Source: an uncultured Geobacter sp. | Lineage (GTDB): Bacteria > Desulfobacterota > Desulfuromonadia > Geobacterales > Pseudopelobacteraceae | Length of the DNA stretch: 64,000 nucleotides | NCBI GenBank assembly: GCA_964576485.1 | Contig: CAZNWF010000002.1 | Coordinates: 7,006 to 71,005, forward strand | Reading direction: 5' to 3' | In this document: positions 10,974 to 22,328 of the stretch, in pieces | Position numbering within the stretch: the stretch's first letter is position 1 | How the letters are laid out: the number at the start of each line of letters is the position of its first letter | Notes under the pieces: model-generated | Database searches by the model: none | What the model was told of the DNA's origin: nothing | Seen by the model: the letters and a program-made list of their open reading frames with translations, nothing else | Made by a program: the position numbers and the translations under genes

Positions 10974-11657
10974 TCAGGTCGTTTTTTGCATCCATATCGG
11001 CTTCGGCAGATGGATGGCGTTAAAATCAATCAACACGGCAGCAGGAATGACAGTATCCAGTTCGTTAAACGGCTTGTTGAACAAGCGCTGGGTAAACTCT
11101 CTGAATAACAGCTGCTCCTGGGTAAAGATATCGTTAAAATGACAGCGCAGCTCCTGCATCAGCAAAGGATTTACAGCTGTGAAGTTAAGGGTACACCACT
11201 CATCAAACAGCACTTCACCACTGGTATCCACCAGTGGGATGCCGTTCAATCGACAGGTCATGGGGCGGTACGCATACACCAGACAGAGTCCGTCCTGCCC
11301 CAATAGAGGACAGGGGGTCTCGTCTTCTTCCGGCATGACCAGGTCCCATTCCTCTTCCGGGTAGCTATTAAACAGATACGGTTGATCAAAGTCAGGCCAC
11401 CTGTTTCTGATACCTGCAATGCTTTGTCGGGCAGCAGCCTGTACGGTCTGTTGCAGATCCTGCGGGAGCTGTTCAAAACCTTCCCGTAGCAGACGGGCAT
11501 CCAGCAGGGTGATATCAAACAGGCCGCGGCAGCATGCAGAACAGCCCCGCTGACAGGCGATCTGTTCGCCTGCCGCGAGGCTGCAGTGCATAAACCAGGC
11601 ATCCACTTCCGACAGCAGCTCCTGATAGCGATTAAGTAGCGTTGTTACTTCAGTCAT
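10974..11657 (-). CDS. YkgJ-family Cys-cluster (Fe-S/Zn) protein
   Basis: CQRGCSACC...CPLL...CLVYAYRPMTCR pattern. Confidence 0.85.
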   Translation of the reverse strand: MTEVTTLLNRYQELLSEVDAWFMHCSLAAGEQIACQRGCSACCRGLFDITLLDARLLREGFEQLPQDLQQTVQAAARQSIAGIRNRWPDFDQPYLFNSYPEEEWDLVMPEEDETPCPLLGQDGLCLVYAYRPMTCRLNGIPLVDTSGEVLFDEWCTLNFTAVNPLLMQELRCHFNDIFTQEQLLFREFTQRLFNKPFNELDTVIPAAVLIDFNAIHLPKPIWMQKTT

Positions 11658-12148
11658 TACATGTAGATCATAACCTTCAGGTTGGCACTGCCGTCCTTGT
11701 TGGTAAAGGGAATGGTAACCCCTTTACACTGTACATTCATACTGGCCCCTTCTTCAGCAGGTTCGGTGACGGTACGCAATTGCCCTGATACCACCAGCGG
11801 CAGCCCCATGGCCACGTTCCCATACTGATCGTGGTACTTGGTCTTAAAGGCTCCGGCAATATTATTGATCAACTCCCCAATGGCATCGCGGATTGAATCT
11901 TCATCCGGTTCATCATCCATCAGCATCTCACGTGCCACCAGTTGCGCAGTTGCCCGGTCGGCAGCAACAATGATGTAACCGACCCGATCACCGGCAACGC
12001 CGATAATACCGGTAACATCAGAGTCAACCGGCGTCACCTTGCGATCCACATGACCGGCAAACAGATCAATGTTCATGTAACACTTAAAGGTGTCCTGGGT
12101 GGCCGTCATGACCGTAAACATTACCTCTTCAAAGCTGATTCCCGCCAC
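11657..12148 (-). CDS. CheX-family chemotaxis phosphatase
   Basis: DVTGIIGVAG and DAIGELINNIAG (ExxN motif); GTG start at 12148 preceded by AGAGGAGG. Confidence 0.85.
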   Translation of the reverse strand: MAGISFEEVMFTVMTATQDTFKCYMNIDLFAGHVDRKVTPVDSDVTGIIGVAGDRVGYIIVAADRATAQLVAREMLMDDEPDEDSIRDAIGELINNIAGAFKTKYHDQYGNVAMGLPLVVSGQLRTVTEPAEEGASMNVQCKGVTIPFTNKDGSANLKVMIYM

Positions 12149-12173
12149 AGTAGTGCCTCCTCTGGTAAAAATA

Positions 12174-12521
12174 CTATAAAGAAAGAAGATAGTCTGCCAA
12201 TACAACCGCTTCTTCCGGTTTCAGGTGACTGCCAAAAGCCGGCATCCCGCCGCTGCGGCCATCCAGTATGCTTTTTTCAATCTCACGCCTGTTCTTGCCA
12301 TACTTGAAACGGGATACCGTTAAATCAGGTCCCACTCCGCCCCTGGCCTGTATACCATGACAGCTGGCGCACAGCTCTGCATATGTTTTTTGAGCGTTCA
12401 AACGCTCTAAAGGTGCTTGTTTGCTGCCAGACGTACTGTTCTCCTGCTGCGAGCAGGCTAAGGCCATCAGCAGCCACGCTATCAGCAGACAGGCAGGGGC
12501 TTTCTTAAATCGCCTTGCCAC
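12174..12521 (-). CDS. Monoheme c-type cytochrome lipoprotein
   Basis: LMALAC lipobox-like, CASCH, GPDL, GMPAF; probable GTG start at 12521 overlapping the upstream stop. Confidence 0.85.
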   Translation of the reverse strand: MARRFKKAPACLLIAWLLMALACSQQENSTSGSKQAPLERLNAQKTYAELCASCHGIQARGGVGPDLTVSRFKYGKNRREIEKSILDGRSGGMPAFGSHLKPEEAVVLADYLLSL

Positions 12522-14448
12522 TGACCTTGAAGACAAAATCATAGTTAAGGATATCTTCCCACTGAAACCCTTTGGCCGTTGAGCGGGTATCATCACCTTC
12601 TCCGTATGGTTTTCCTGGTGTAAAGAACCAGTTCATGATCGCCTCGCCTGAGGCACGGAAGACAATCCAGTACTTACCAGGTGCAAGCTGCTGCGGTTTA
12701 TTACCATCGGGTGGGAATGAAAAGTCAACCCAATAGTAACCAGGCTTCCTCGTGATTTTTTCCAGGTCCAGGAGGTTAGAGCGAATCCCCTGCATAATAT
12801 CAGGCTTACCACCTTTGTCTTTAACCAGATCGATATAAACCGAACCATCACCACCAAACTTACGCATGGCTAAGGAGATCTTCTCCAGACTCATACGATC
12901 CTTGACCTGGATCGCCTGGGCAAAAATATGCTTTGAAGTGACGTACTCAGAGGTTTCACGCTCAAAAACACGGGTACCGGTATCTCCCTTAACGTTATAC
13001 AGGTTAACCAGTGCGGGAAAATCCATATTGCCAAAGGCCAAGACCGTGCCCGTGCGTGGCTTTTTATGGGCAGGTTCAACGATAACCGGTGGCTTAGGCT
13101 CTACCTTGGGCGGCTTCGGTTCAATCTTGGGTGGCTTTGTAATCACAACCTTGGGTGGCTTAGGCTCAGTTTTTGTTGGCTTAGGCTCCACCTTGGGCGG
13201 TTTTGTTGGTTTTACCGGTTTTGTTGGTTTTGGTTGGTCCTCATCAGATGCGTCATCATCACTGACAAAACGGGTCTCTGCCGGGCCTGCACCGCTACCT
13301 TGCGGAGGAGGTGTCGGCTTGGCTGAAGCCAGATCTGTCTTCGGTTCTACACGAGGCGGTGGGACGACCCGCCCTGTATCTGACGTATCTGAAACTGCAG
13401 CACCGCCAGCTGTTACGGCATTGCTCAGAATGTAGGGACGGGGGGCACTGGCATAGCGCTTCATCTTCAGTTTGATATCATCAGAGGTGTAACGCCCTTC
13501 AATCAGCTCATTATAGGCTGGCAGGTACGGGCCACCTTTCCAGGTGTCATTGATGTCCCGTGAATCCAGTCCATGGGTCTGCTTGATATGACGTGATGAG
13601 GTAAACTGGCGTGACTGTTGTGGATCATAGGGCAGCCAGCCCAGATCAGGGAAATAGACCTCCAGCCAGGCATGTCCCCCCTGCCCCATACTCTGCACAA
13701 TGGAGTTTTTTGCATCAATGGGCACCTTCCAGGATTCCTTCAGGGTTATCCCCCCTACAATCCGGGCCGGAATCCCTGCGCTGCGCAGCAGGGCAATGGA
13801 AAGGTGGGCAAAGTTCTGACAGTTGCCGCTTTTGGTTGAGAGGGTATAGGCAGCATCATACTGGGGCGGGTTAAAGGTGTATTTAATGTTGTCTGTGACC
13901 CAGTTGATAATTGCCGATACAGCCTCATATTCACTTTTTGCGCCACTGGTCAACTGACGGGCAAGGGATTTGATTTCAGAGTTTCCCTGGACCATTTCGG
14001 TATGTTGCAGATAGAGGGACTCTTTTGAGGCAAGGCTTCCCAGCGGGAATCCTGTCTTGCTTGCCATATCCGTCAGTTGGGTATGCAGATTGGCGGTGTA
14101 ATTCAGGTTGACCCGGATGTCCTGGTTGACATTGCTCCAGCTGACCCGTTGAAACTTGTTACCAAAGCGGTCGGTTTCAACCGTTGAGCTGGTTGGTTCG
14201 GGAGACAGGGCAATATCAAGACCGTCAACCCCTTGACTGACGGTCTTGGTTGTAAACGTGGCAGGCAGGGCAAATTTAAAGGAAAAACTGGAAACTGTTC
14301 CTTTATTGACCGAAAATTCCATTGACTGGCGCATGGCAACGGCACCGTCAAGGTTACCTTCGAGAACCAGGGTCTTTGCAGAGGCAAACAGTGAGACCAT
14401 AAAGACACTGCAGACCACACTACAGGTTGTCAGTAACAATTTTCGCAT
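12505..14448 (-). CDS. Exported transglutaminase-like (Cys protease fold) protein with Pro/Lys-rich linker and C-terminal domain
   Basis: Signal peptide MRKLLL; triad motifs GNCQNFA, HAWLEV, PYDP. Confidence 0.85.
   Translation of the reverse strand: MRKLLLTTCSVVCSVFMVSLFASAKTLVLEGNLDGAVAMRQSMEFSVNKGTVSSFSFKFALPATFTTKTVSQGVDGLDIALSPEPTSSTVETDRFGNKFQRVSWSNVNQDIRVNLNYTANLHTQLTDMASKTGFPLGSLASKESLYLQHTEMVQGNSEIKSLARQLTSGAKSEYEAVSAIINWVTDNIKYTFNPPQYDAAYTLSTKSGNCQNFAHLSIALLRSAGIPARIVGGITLKESWKVPIDAKNSIVQSMGQGGHAWLEVYFPDLGWLPYDPQQSRQFTSSRHIKQTHGLDSRDINDTWKGGPYLPAYNELIEGRYTSDDIKLKMKRYASAPRPYILSNAVTAGGAAVSDTSDTGRVVPPPRVEPKTDLASAKPTPPPQGSGAGPAETRFVSDDDASDEDQPKPTKPVKPTKPPKVEPKPTKTEPKPPKVVITKPPKIEPKPPKVEPKPPVIVEPAHKKPRTGTVLAFGNMDFPALVNLYNVKGDTGTRVFERETSEYVTSKHIFAQAIQVKDRMSLEKISLAMRKFGGDGSVYIDLVKDKGGKPDIMQGIRSNLLDLEKITRKPGYYWVDFSFPPDGNKPQQLAPGKYWIVFRASGEAIMNWFFTPGKPYGEGDDTRSTAKGFQWEDILNYDFVFKVSGKAI
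13080..13240 (-). repeat. Low-complexity Pro-Lys coding repeats (KPTKP / KPPKVEP)
   Basis: KPTKPVKPTKPPKVEPKPTKTEPKPPKVVITKPPKIEPKPPKVEPKPP. Confidence 0.85.
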
Positions 14449-14474
14449 AGCCCCCCCTGTTTTATTCAGAGTTT

Positions 14475-16028
14475 TTATTCCCACTCAATGGTTGCCGGTG
14501 GTTTCTGGCTGATATCATAGACCACCCGGTTAACCCCTTTTACCTCATTGATGATCCTGGATGAGATGCTGCCCATTACTTCATAGGGAAGTTTAACCCA
14601 ATCAGCAGTCATACCGTCCAGAGAATTAACGGCTCGCAGGGCAATGGTGTAATCATAGGTACGGGCATCCCCCATGACACCAACGGAACGCACCGGCAGC
14701 AACACGGCAAAGGACTGCCAGATCTCACGATAGAGTCCGGCCTTACGGATTTCATCCAGCACAATCGCGTCCGACTCCCGCAGGATCTCAAGCCGGTCTG
14801 CAGTAATCTCTCCAATGCAGCGGATTGCCAGGCCAGGGCCGGGGAATGGCTGACGATGAATTACCTCGTCAGGCAGGCCAAGTTCTTTACCCAGTAGCCG
14901 GACCTCATCTTTGAACAGCTCCCGTACCGGTTCAATCAGTTTCATCTTCATCCGGTCCGGCAGGCCACCCACGTTGTGGTGGCTTTTAATAACTGCTGAC
15001 GGACCTTTGGTTGAAACCGATTCAATGACATCAGGATACAGCGTTCCTTGTGCCAGCCAGTCTACTGTTCCAATCTTTTTAGCTTCATCTTCAAAGAGAT
15101 AGATGAACTCATTGCCAATGATCTTCCGTTTCTGCTCCGGATCAGTTATTCCTTTGAGTTTGCTAAGAAACCTATCAGAGGCTTCAACATAATCAAGGTT
15201 TATCTTGAAATGACGGGTAAAGAGATTAACTACCTTTTCCGCCTCACCCTTGCGCAGCAGACCGTTATTGACAAAGATACACTGTAGCTGATCACCGATC
15301 GCCTTATGCAGCAAGACTGCGACCACTGATGAATCTACTCCACCGGACAGGGCGCAAATAACCTTGCCCTTCCCCACTTTCTCCCGGATGGAAGCAATCT
15401 CGGTTTCAATGAAGTTGGCCATGGTCCAGATCGGCTGACAACCGCAGACAGCAAAGACAAAGTTCCCCAGAATCTCTGCACCCTTCGGGGTGTGGACGAC
15501 TTCAGGATGAAACTGCACGGCATACAGGCGGCGTTTTTCATCCTTCATGGCTGCTGCCGGAGTATTGTCAGTATGGGCAATGGCGCAGAACCCCTTGGGC
15601 ATCTGCTCAATTTTATCACCATGAGACATCCAGACCTCTTCCTTGGTGGCCAGGCCGGAAAAAAGGTCAGTCGTATCATCAATGGCCATAGCAGCCCGGC
15701 CAAATTCACGCTTATCAGAACGTTCTACCTTACCGCCCAGCTGGCTGGTCATCAGCTGCATGCCGTAGCAGATACCCAGCACCGGTACACCCAGCTCATA
15801 GACGCCAGCATCGGAATGGGGTGCATCAGCATCATAGACACTGCTTGGACCACCGGAAAGGATAATCCCCTGTGGCGCAAAGGCCTTTATTTTCTCAAGA
15901 CCGATATTATAGGGATGGATCTCGCAATAAACCGATTGCTCACGAATGCGACGTGCGATCAGCTGCGTGACCTGTGAACCAAAGTCGAGAATCAGAATTT
16001 TCTGGCTGTGAATATCAGTTGAACTCAT
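14475..16028 (-). CDS. guaA: GMP synthase (glutamine-hydrolysing)
   Basis: [36 protein letters not shown]; start refined to MSSTDIH. Confidence 0.99.
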   Translation of the reverse strand: MSSTDIHSQKILILDFGSQVTQLIARRIREQSVYCEIHPYNIGLEKIKAFAPQGIILSGGPSSVYDADAPHSDAGVYELGVPVLGICYGMQLMTSQLGGKVERSDKREFGRAAMAIDDTTDLFSGLATKEEVWMSHGDKIEQMPKGFCAIAHTDNTPAAAMKDEKRRLYAVQFHPEVVHTPKGAEILGNFVFAVCGCQPIWTMANFIETEIASIREKVGKGKVICALSGGVDSSVVAVLLHKAIGDQLQCIFVNNGLLRKGEAEKVVNLFTRHFKINLDYVEASDRFLSKLKGITDPEQKRKIIGNEFIYLFEDEAKKIGTVDWLAQGTLYPDVIESVSTKGPSAVIKSHHNVGGLPDRMKMKLIEPVRELFKDEVRLLGKELGLPDEVIHRQPFPGPGLAIRCIGEITADRLEILRESDAIVLDEIRKAGLYREIWQSFAVLLPVRSVGVMGDARTYDYTIALRAVNSLDGMTADWVKLPYEVMGSISSRIINEVKGVNRVVYDISQKPPATIEWE

Positions 16029-16041
16029 ACCGTATCTATCC

Positions 16042-17535
<1,494 letters not shown>

Positions 17536-17638
17536 TTACCGACGTTAGTACAGCAACGCAGTGAAGTCAAGAACGTCTACGGTATAATTATCATCAGGCA
17601 GTAAAATATTATGTAATTCAAGTTTGTTAAGAAACAGT

Positions 17639-19480
17639 TTAAAGATTTGCTTCGTTTGTCTGTTTACGGGATCGCTTGTCTTGATACATTGCCATGTCTG
17701 CAGCCTTGATTGCATCCTGTAATCGTGAAGGGAGGGCCGTTGTAGCACTACCCAGTGAAAAGCGGACCTTCAGGCCGTGTTCTGACAGATGATTATCTTC
17801 ATCAGCTATCTGACGGGCCCGTTCCATAATGGTTTTAAGCAGTTCCTCTCCTACCCCTTTCAGAATAACGGCAAATTCATCACCGCCAATTCTGGCTATA
17901 ACATCACCTGCCCTGAAGACTTCTCGCAAAAGATCTGCTGCAGCTCGAATCAAACCATCACCAGCATCATGGCCAAAGCTGTCATTCACCTCTTTCAGCC
18001 CGTCCAGGTCGGCAATTACCACAGACAGTGGAGCAGATCTGCCCTTTTCAAGCTGTTCAATCTCTGCCTCAAAAAATGCCCGGTTATACAGTTTGGTCAT
18101 TTCATCATGGGTGCTTAGATAGCGCAGACGATCCTCCATCTCTCGCCGTTTGGTAACATCCCTGGCCACATGGACTGCGCCGGCCAGATTGCCATCTGTA
18201 TCAAAGGTTGGATTGACCGTGACATGGAAATAGCTGTTTAATTTAGGAATAAAGACTTCCGCTTCATGGGGTTTGCAATCTTTTAGCAGGAGGCTGTGAG
18301 GACAGCCTTCAGGGGGATGGCTGACACCATGCAGGTGCTGGAAGCAGGGTCCGATAAGACTGCCCGCTCCCGATTCGCAGATATCCATTCGCTCTTTAGC
18401 TGCTTTATTGGCATGCACCATTTGGTGAGAGGTATCCAGTACGGTCACCATATCGGGAATGGTATCAAACGTTTCCTGCCACTGGACATTTGCCAACTCC
18501 AGCGACTTCCGAGCATCACGTCGTTCTTCTTCCAGCTTGAGTCGGCCCATAAAGCTGCCCAATCCCCGTGCGGCAGTCATAACCATTGATGTTTCCGCAT
18601 CAGACCAGGGACGTTCACGCTTCATATCACAGAGACAGGCAAAACCCCACAGGCAGCCTTCTTCAAAAATCGGCGTCAGCAACAAAGAACGCACATGCAT
18701 GGCATCAAGAATATAGCGTTCTTCAGCAGGAAATGCTGAACGTGGGCCTGAGATGGATTTACCCTGGGAAAGCATGCTGTGCCAACGATCAAGATACGGA
18801 AGCTCTGGCATATCTGGCTCAGCACCATCAAGAAAGCGCAAGACCATTTCACCGCCAGCGAAACCACTGATCAGCAGCAGATCCCGCTCACCAAGCATTG
18901 CTTCTTGATAACGGTAGAGAAAGATTTTATCCGCCCGCGCCGCCTTGGCCATTTCCTGCAGGGCAAAATCCACCGCATCCTGGTTGGCATCCGCTGACAA
19001 AAGGTACTGGATTGCCATATTAACGCCCGATAACAACCGGGATTGTTGATTGGCCAGGCGACGGGCCCGCAACAGAAGCGCTTGCTGTTGTAAACTATGA
19101 AACAGCTTCTGAATATTCAAAGGCTTGGTCAGATACCCCTCAAGCTGAAGATTTATGGCCTGCAACAGATGTTCTGAACTGTCATGGGAGGAGATAATAA
19201 TGACCGGTACTGAAGGTCGCTCAAGCTTAATTTGCCGGGCCAGATCCAGGCCGGTCATGGCAGGCATAGAAATATCTGTCAAGACCAGATCAGGCATTTT
19301 CTTTCTGAACAGTTCCAGGGCAACACGACCATTTTCTGCGGTATACAGTTCTCCACAAACCGGAGATAACATTCTGGAAATATGGGTACGCACACTGATA
19401 TCGTCCTCCGCAAAGAGAACAGAGATCTCACGTAGTTCAACAAGTGAAGGGATATCTTCAGATATGTGTGGAACCGCCAT
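17639..19480 (-). CDS. REC-GAF-PAS-GGDEF diguanylate cyclase
   Basis: Receiver (AEDD, TDISMP), GAF (RPWSDAE), PAS, NDSFGHDAGD with the canonical Asp, I-site RAGD, GGDEF. Confidence 0.92.
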   Translation of the reverse strand: MAVPHISEDIPSLVELREISVLFAEDDISVRTHISRMLSPVCGELYTAENGRVALELFRKKMPDLVLTDISMPAMTGLDLARQIKLERPSVPVIIISSHDSSEHLLQAINLQLEGYLTKPLNIQKLFHSLQQQALLLRARRLANQQSRLLSGVNMAIQYLLSADANQDAVDFALQEMAKAARADKIFLYRYQEAMLGERDLLLISGFAGGEMVLRFLDGAEPDMPELPYLDRWHSMLSQGKSISGPRSAFPAEERYILDAMHVRSLLLTPIFEEGCLWGFACLCDMKRERPWSDAETSMVMTAARGLGSFMGRLKLEEERRDARKSLELANVQWQETFDTIPDMVTVLDTSHQMVHANKAAKERMDICESGAGSLIGPCFQHLHGVSHPPEGCPHSLLLKDCKPHEAEVFIPKLNSYFHVTVNPTFDTDGNLAGAVHVARDVTKRREMEDRLRYLSTHDEMTKLYNRAFFEAEIEQLEKGRSAPLSVVIADLDGLKEVNDSFGHDAGDGLIRAAADLLREVFRAGDVIARIGGDEFAVILKGVGEELLKTIMERARQIADEDNHLSEHGLKVRFSLGSATTALPSRLQDAIKAADMAMYQDKRSRKQTNEANL

Positions 19481-19702
19481 TGTCGCTCCTCACGAACAGC
19501 AAAACACTAAACTTTACTACAATACTACAAGTAATTTGTCTGTCAAGCGGCCGTAATAGAATAAATGTTTAAGCAGAGCAAAGCAGACGCTACATGTTTA
19601 CACCCTCCATGTAGTGTCCCTCGGCATAACGATCTATCTGCATCAGTAGATTTTCAGGGGTCATTACTTCTACTCGCCTGGCTTTGGTCATCAATGTTGC
19701 TA

Positions 19703-22123
19703 TCATCCGATCTTCCGAGATGCCAATGCCTTCTTGGTCTTATGCGTAGCCACCGCATTCCAGGGATCATTTGGCCAGGGGTGTTTGGGATACCTGCCTC
19801 GCAACTCTTTACGAACCTCCAGATAGCCCCGCTCCCAAAACCCTTTCAGATCACGAGTGACTGCCACCGGCCTTCCTGCCGGTGAAAGCAGATGCACCAG
19901 TACAGCCCGCCTGCCTTTGCAGACCATGGGCGATGTTGCCAGACCAAACAGCTCCTGCAGCTTGACCGATAATACCGGCCCTTCCTGATCCGTATAATCC
20001 AGGACTATCCGTCTGCCGCTGGGCGCCTGAAAATGCACTGGCGCAACAGTATTGAGTGATTGCAGCAGGTTACAACCAATAACCTCTTGTAACAGATGAA
20101 GCAAAGAAATCTGCTGCAGCCCTTGCATCGAACGGATACCGGACAGGTGCGGCCCCAACCAGGTCTCAACGCTATTTAGCAGCGCTGCATCAGAAATATC
20201 CGGCCAACCATCCTCCGGCAGTAATCGAAACGCCAGCCCTACCCTGGCCTGCAGTTGACGGGACTGATCATACCACCCTAACAACCCGATACCGTTGCGT
20301 TTCACCTGTTCCAGCAGCAAAGGGATCGCTTCACTATCATCTGCCTGTATCAGGCGTGATGCCAGAACCACGGCCCCGATCTGTTCCTGCTCTGTTGCAA
20401 CCACCCGATCGCTAACCGTGTCCCAGCTAATCTGGCGCTGCTTGAGAATCAGGTGACCTGCTGCCTGGCGTAGTTGTTCGCCTGACAGACCAACCGCCTG
20501 ATGGATCAAACCATCTGCTCCTTCTCCGCCATCCACCTGCAGGGCCACCAGAAACGCTGCTCCAGCGCAGCCAGCCTTTGCTGAAAGCACTGCCCCCCTT
20601 CCTGATGCAAGCAGATACCTCCCCTGACGCAGCATGGCGATTCTATCAGGCCAGGCGGCCACTGCCATTTCAGGGGCATTATGGAGCAGATCAAGATCAA
20701 TAGTTGGACATTTTTGAGGGTTTTCTCCCACCAAACGCAGTAACTGCTGCGCGGTCTGCTCAATAGCCCTGGTTGCGGTTGAGCGGTTTGAAAGCTGCGC
20801 TGCCAGATAACAGCCCGTAACAGCCTGGCCCTGGTCCTGTGCAGCAAGCAACAGACGAGCCAGCCTGGGATGCAGCGGTAGTTGTACCATGCGGCGGCCA
20901 AGCTCAGTGATACCGCCAGTAAGGTCCAACGCCCCAAGCAGTTGTAATAACTCCTTCGCAGCTGCCAGATGCTGGGCAGGAGGTTGATCTAACCAGGCAA
21001 GACCGGCAGGATCAGTTACCCCCCAGGCTGCCAACTCCAGCAGCAGCGGTGCCAGATCAGCAGTCAGGATCTCTGGCGGGTTAAACGGCGTCATGGCCTG
21101 ATAACTCTGCTGCGGATAAAGGCGGTAACAGACACCGGCTGCAGTTCGGCCTGCCCTGCCGGTACGCTGGTCTGCCGATGCCTTTGCTGCCCGCACCGTT
21201 ACCAATCGCTCCAGCCCGGTGGCCGGATCAAGCTGCAGGCGGCGGGTCAATCCACTATCCACGACAATCCGTACCCCAGCTATGGTCAGACTGGTTTCAG
21301 CTATGTTGGTGGCCAGCACCACCCTGCGTTGCGGTCCAGACAGAATGGCCTGCTGCTGTTTTTCAAAGGATAGATCGCCATATAAGGGGCAGACCACAGC
21401 AGATGACAGCCCTGCCAGCTCACGCTCAACCGCTCTGATTTCACCACTGCCTGGTAAAAAGGCCAGCAGATCACCAGCCTCTTCAACCAGGGCAGTCTTG
21501 ATAGCAGTTGCCATCCGCCGTGCAAGCGGCTGTTTTTCAGATACTGTTACGGGATAACGCACCGCAACCGGAAAGGCACGGCCTTCTGACAATAATATCG
21601 GCGCATCACCCAGTAAGCGGGAAATCAGCTTGCAGTCAAGGGTGGCAGACATCACCAGCAGTTTCAGGTCAGGCCGCAAAATCGCCTGGCTTTCCAGACA
21701 CAGGGCCAGACCAAGGTCACCGTGGATGGAACGTTCGTGGAACTCGTCAAAGATGACACAGGCCACACCGCTAAGCTCAGGGTCATGCTGAATCCTGCGG
21801 GTCAGTACACCTTCCGTCACCACCTCAACCCGGGTGGCATTACAGACCTTGCTTTCAAAGCGAATGGTATAGCCCACGGTCTGTCCCACCTGTTCCCCCA
21901 GACTCTGGGCCATATAACGGGCAGCCGAAGCAGCTGCAATCCGACGCGGTTCCAGCATGATGATACGGCCAGCTTCAGGAGGGATGATGGTAAGCAGCTC
22001 AAGCGGTACTCGAGTAGTCTTGCCTGCACCGGGCGCAGCGGACAGCACCAGATTGGTATGGGTTTTCAGCGTGGCAAGCAGTTCCGGCAGGACCTGCATA
22101 ATGGGAAGACTATCTGATGCCAT
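19703..22123 (-). CDS. hrpB: ATP-dependent RNA helicase HrpB
   Basis: GAGKTT, DEFHER, MSAT, QRTGRAGR, HrpB C-terminus RYPKHPWP; start at 22123 after AGGAGA. Confidence 0.96.
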   Translation of the reverse strand: MASDSLPIMQVLPELLATLKTHTNLVLSAAPGAGKTTRVPLELLTIIPPEAGRIIMLEPRRIAAASAARYMAQSLGEQVGQTVGYTIRFESKVCNATRVEVVTEGVLTRRIQHDPELSGVACVIFDEFHERSIHGDLGLALCLESQAILRPDLKLLVMSATLDCKLISRLLGDAPILLSEGRAFPVAVRYPVTVSEKQPLARRMATAIKTALVEEAGDLLAFLPGSGEIRAVERELAGLSSAVVCPLYGDLSFEKQQQAILSGPQRRVVLATNIAETSLTIAGVRIVVDSGLTRRLQLDPATGLERLVTVRAAKASADQRTGRAGRTAAGVCYRLYPQQSYQAMTPFNPPEILTADLAPLLLELAAWGVTDPAGLAWLDQPPAQHLAAAKELLQLLGALDLTGGITELGRRMVQLPLHPRLARLLLAAQDQGQAVTGCYLAAQLSNRSTATRAIEQTAQQLLRLVGENPQKCPTIDLDLLHNAPEMAVAAWPDRIAMLRQGRYLLASGRGAVLSAKAGCAGAAFLVALQVDGGEGADGLIHQAVGLSGEQLRQAAGHLILKQRQISWDTVSDRVVATEQEQIGAVVLASRLIQADDSEAIPLLLEQVKRNGIGLLGWYDQSRQLQARVGLAFRLLPEDGWPDISDAALLNSVETWLGPHLSGIRSMQGLQQISLLHLLQEVIGCNLLQSLNTVAPVHFQAPSGRRIVLDYTDQEGPVLSVKLQELFGLATSPMVCKGRRAVLVHLLSPAGRPVAVTRDLKGFWERGYLEVRKELRGRYPKHPWPNDPWNAVATHKTKKALASRKIG

Positions 22124-22328
22124 CACAGTTCTCCTGATGGCGGTGCTACCAGACTTCTTTCTTTCCTTGTAATCATCGAACCATCCCATTTATTGCAGCT
22201 TAACGTTCTTACATTACACGTTACTGCCGGTATCAGATTCAAAATAAAGCGCCTTGCATACTTTTAAAGTAGCGTTATACTAATGCACACAATGCTCAAT
22301 AAACAGTGCAAAATTGTGGAGCCATCGA

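Noticed and set aside
12866..13435. 189-aa Gly-rich + strand ORF
   Set aside because: It is the antisense shadow of the Pro-Lys repeat region of the transglutaminase-like gene
17639..19480. Second Hypr-type cyclase
   Set aside because: It retains the canonical Asp (GHDAGD) and GGDEF, so it is predicted to be an ordinary c-di-GMP synthase
19623..19680. Integron attC-like core (GCATAAC)
   Set aside because: No complementary GTTRRRY end, no cassette ORF and no integrase
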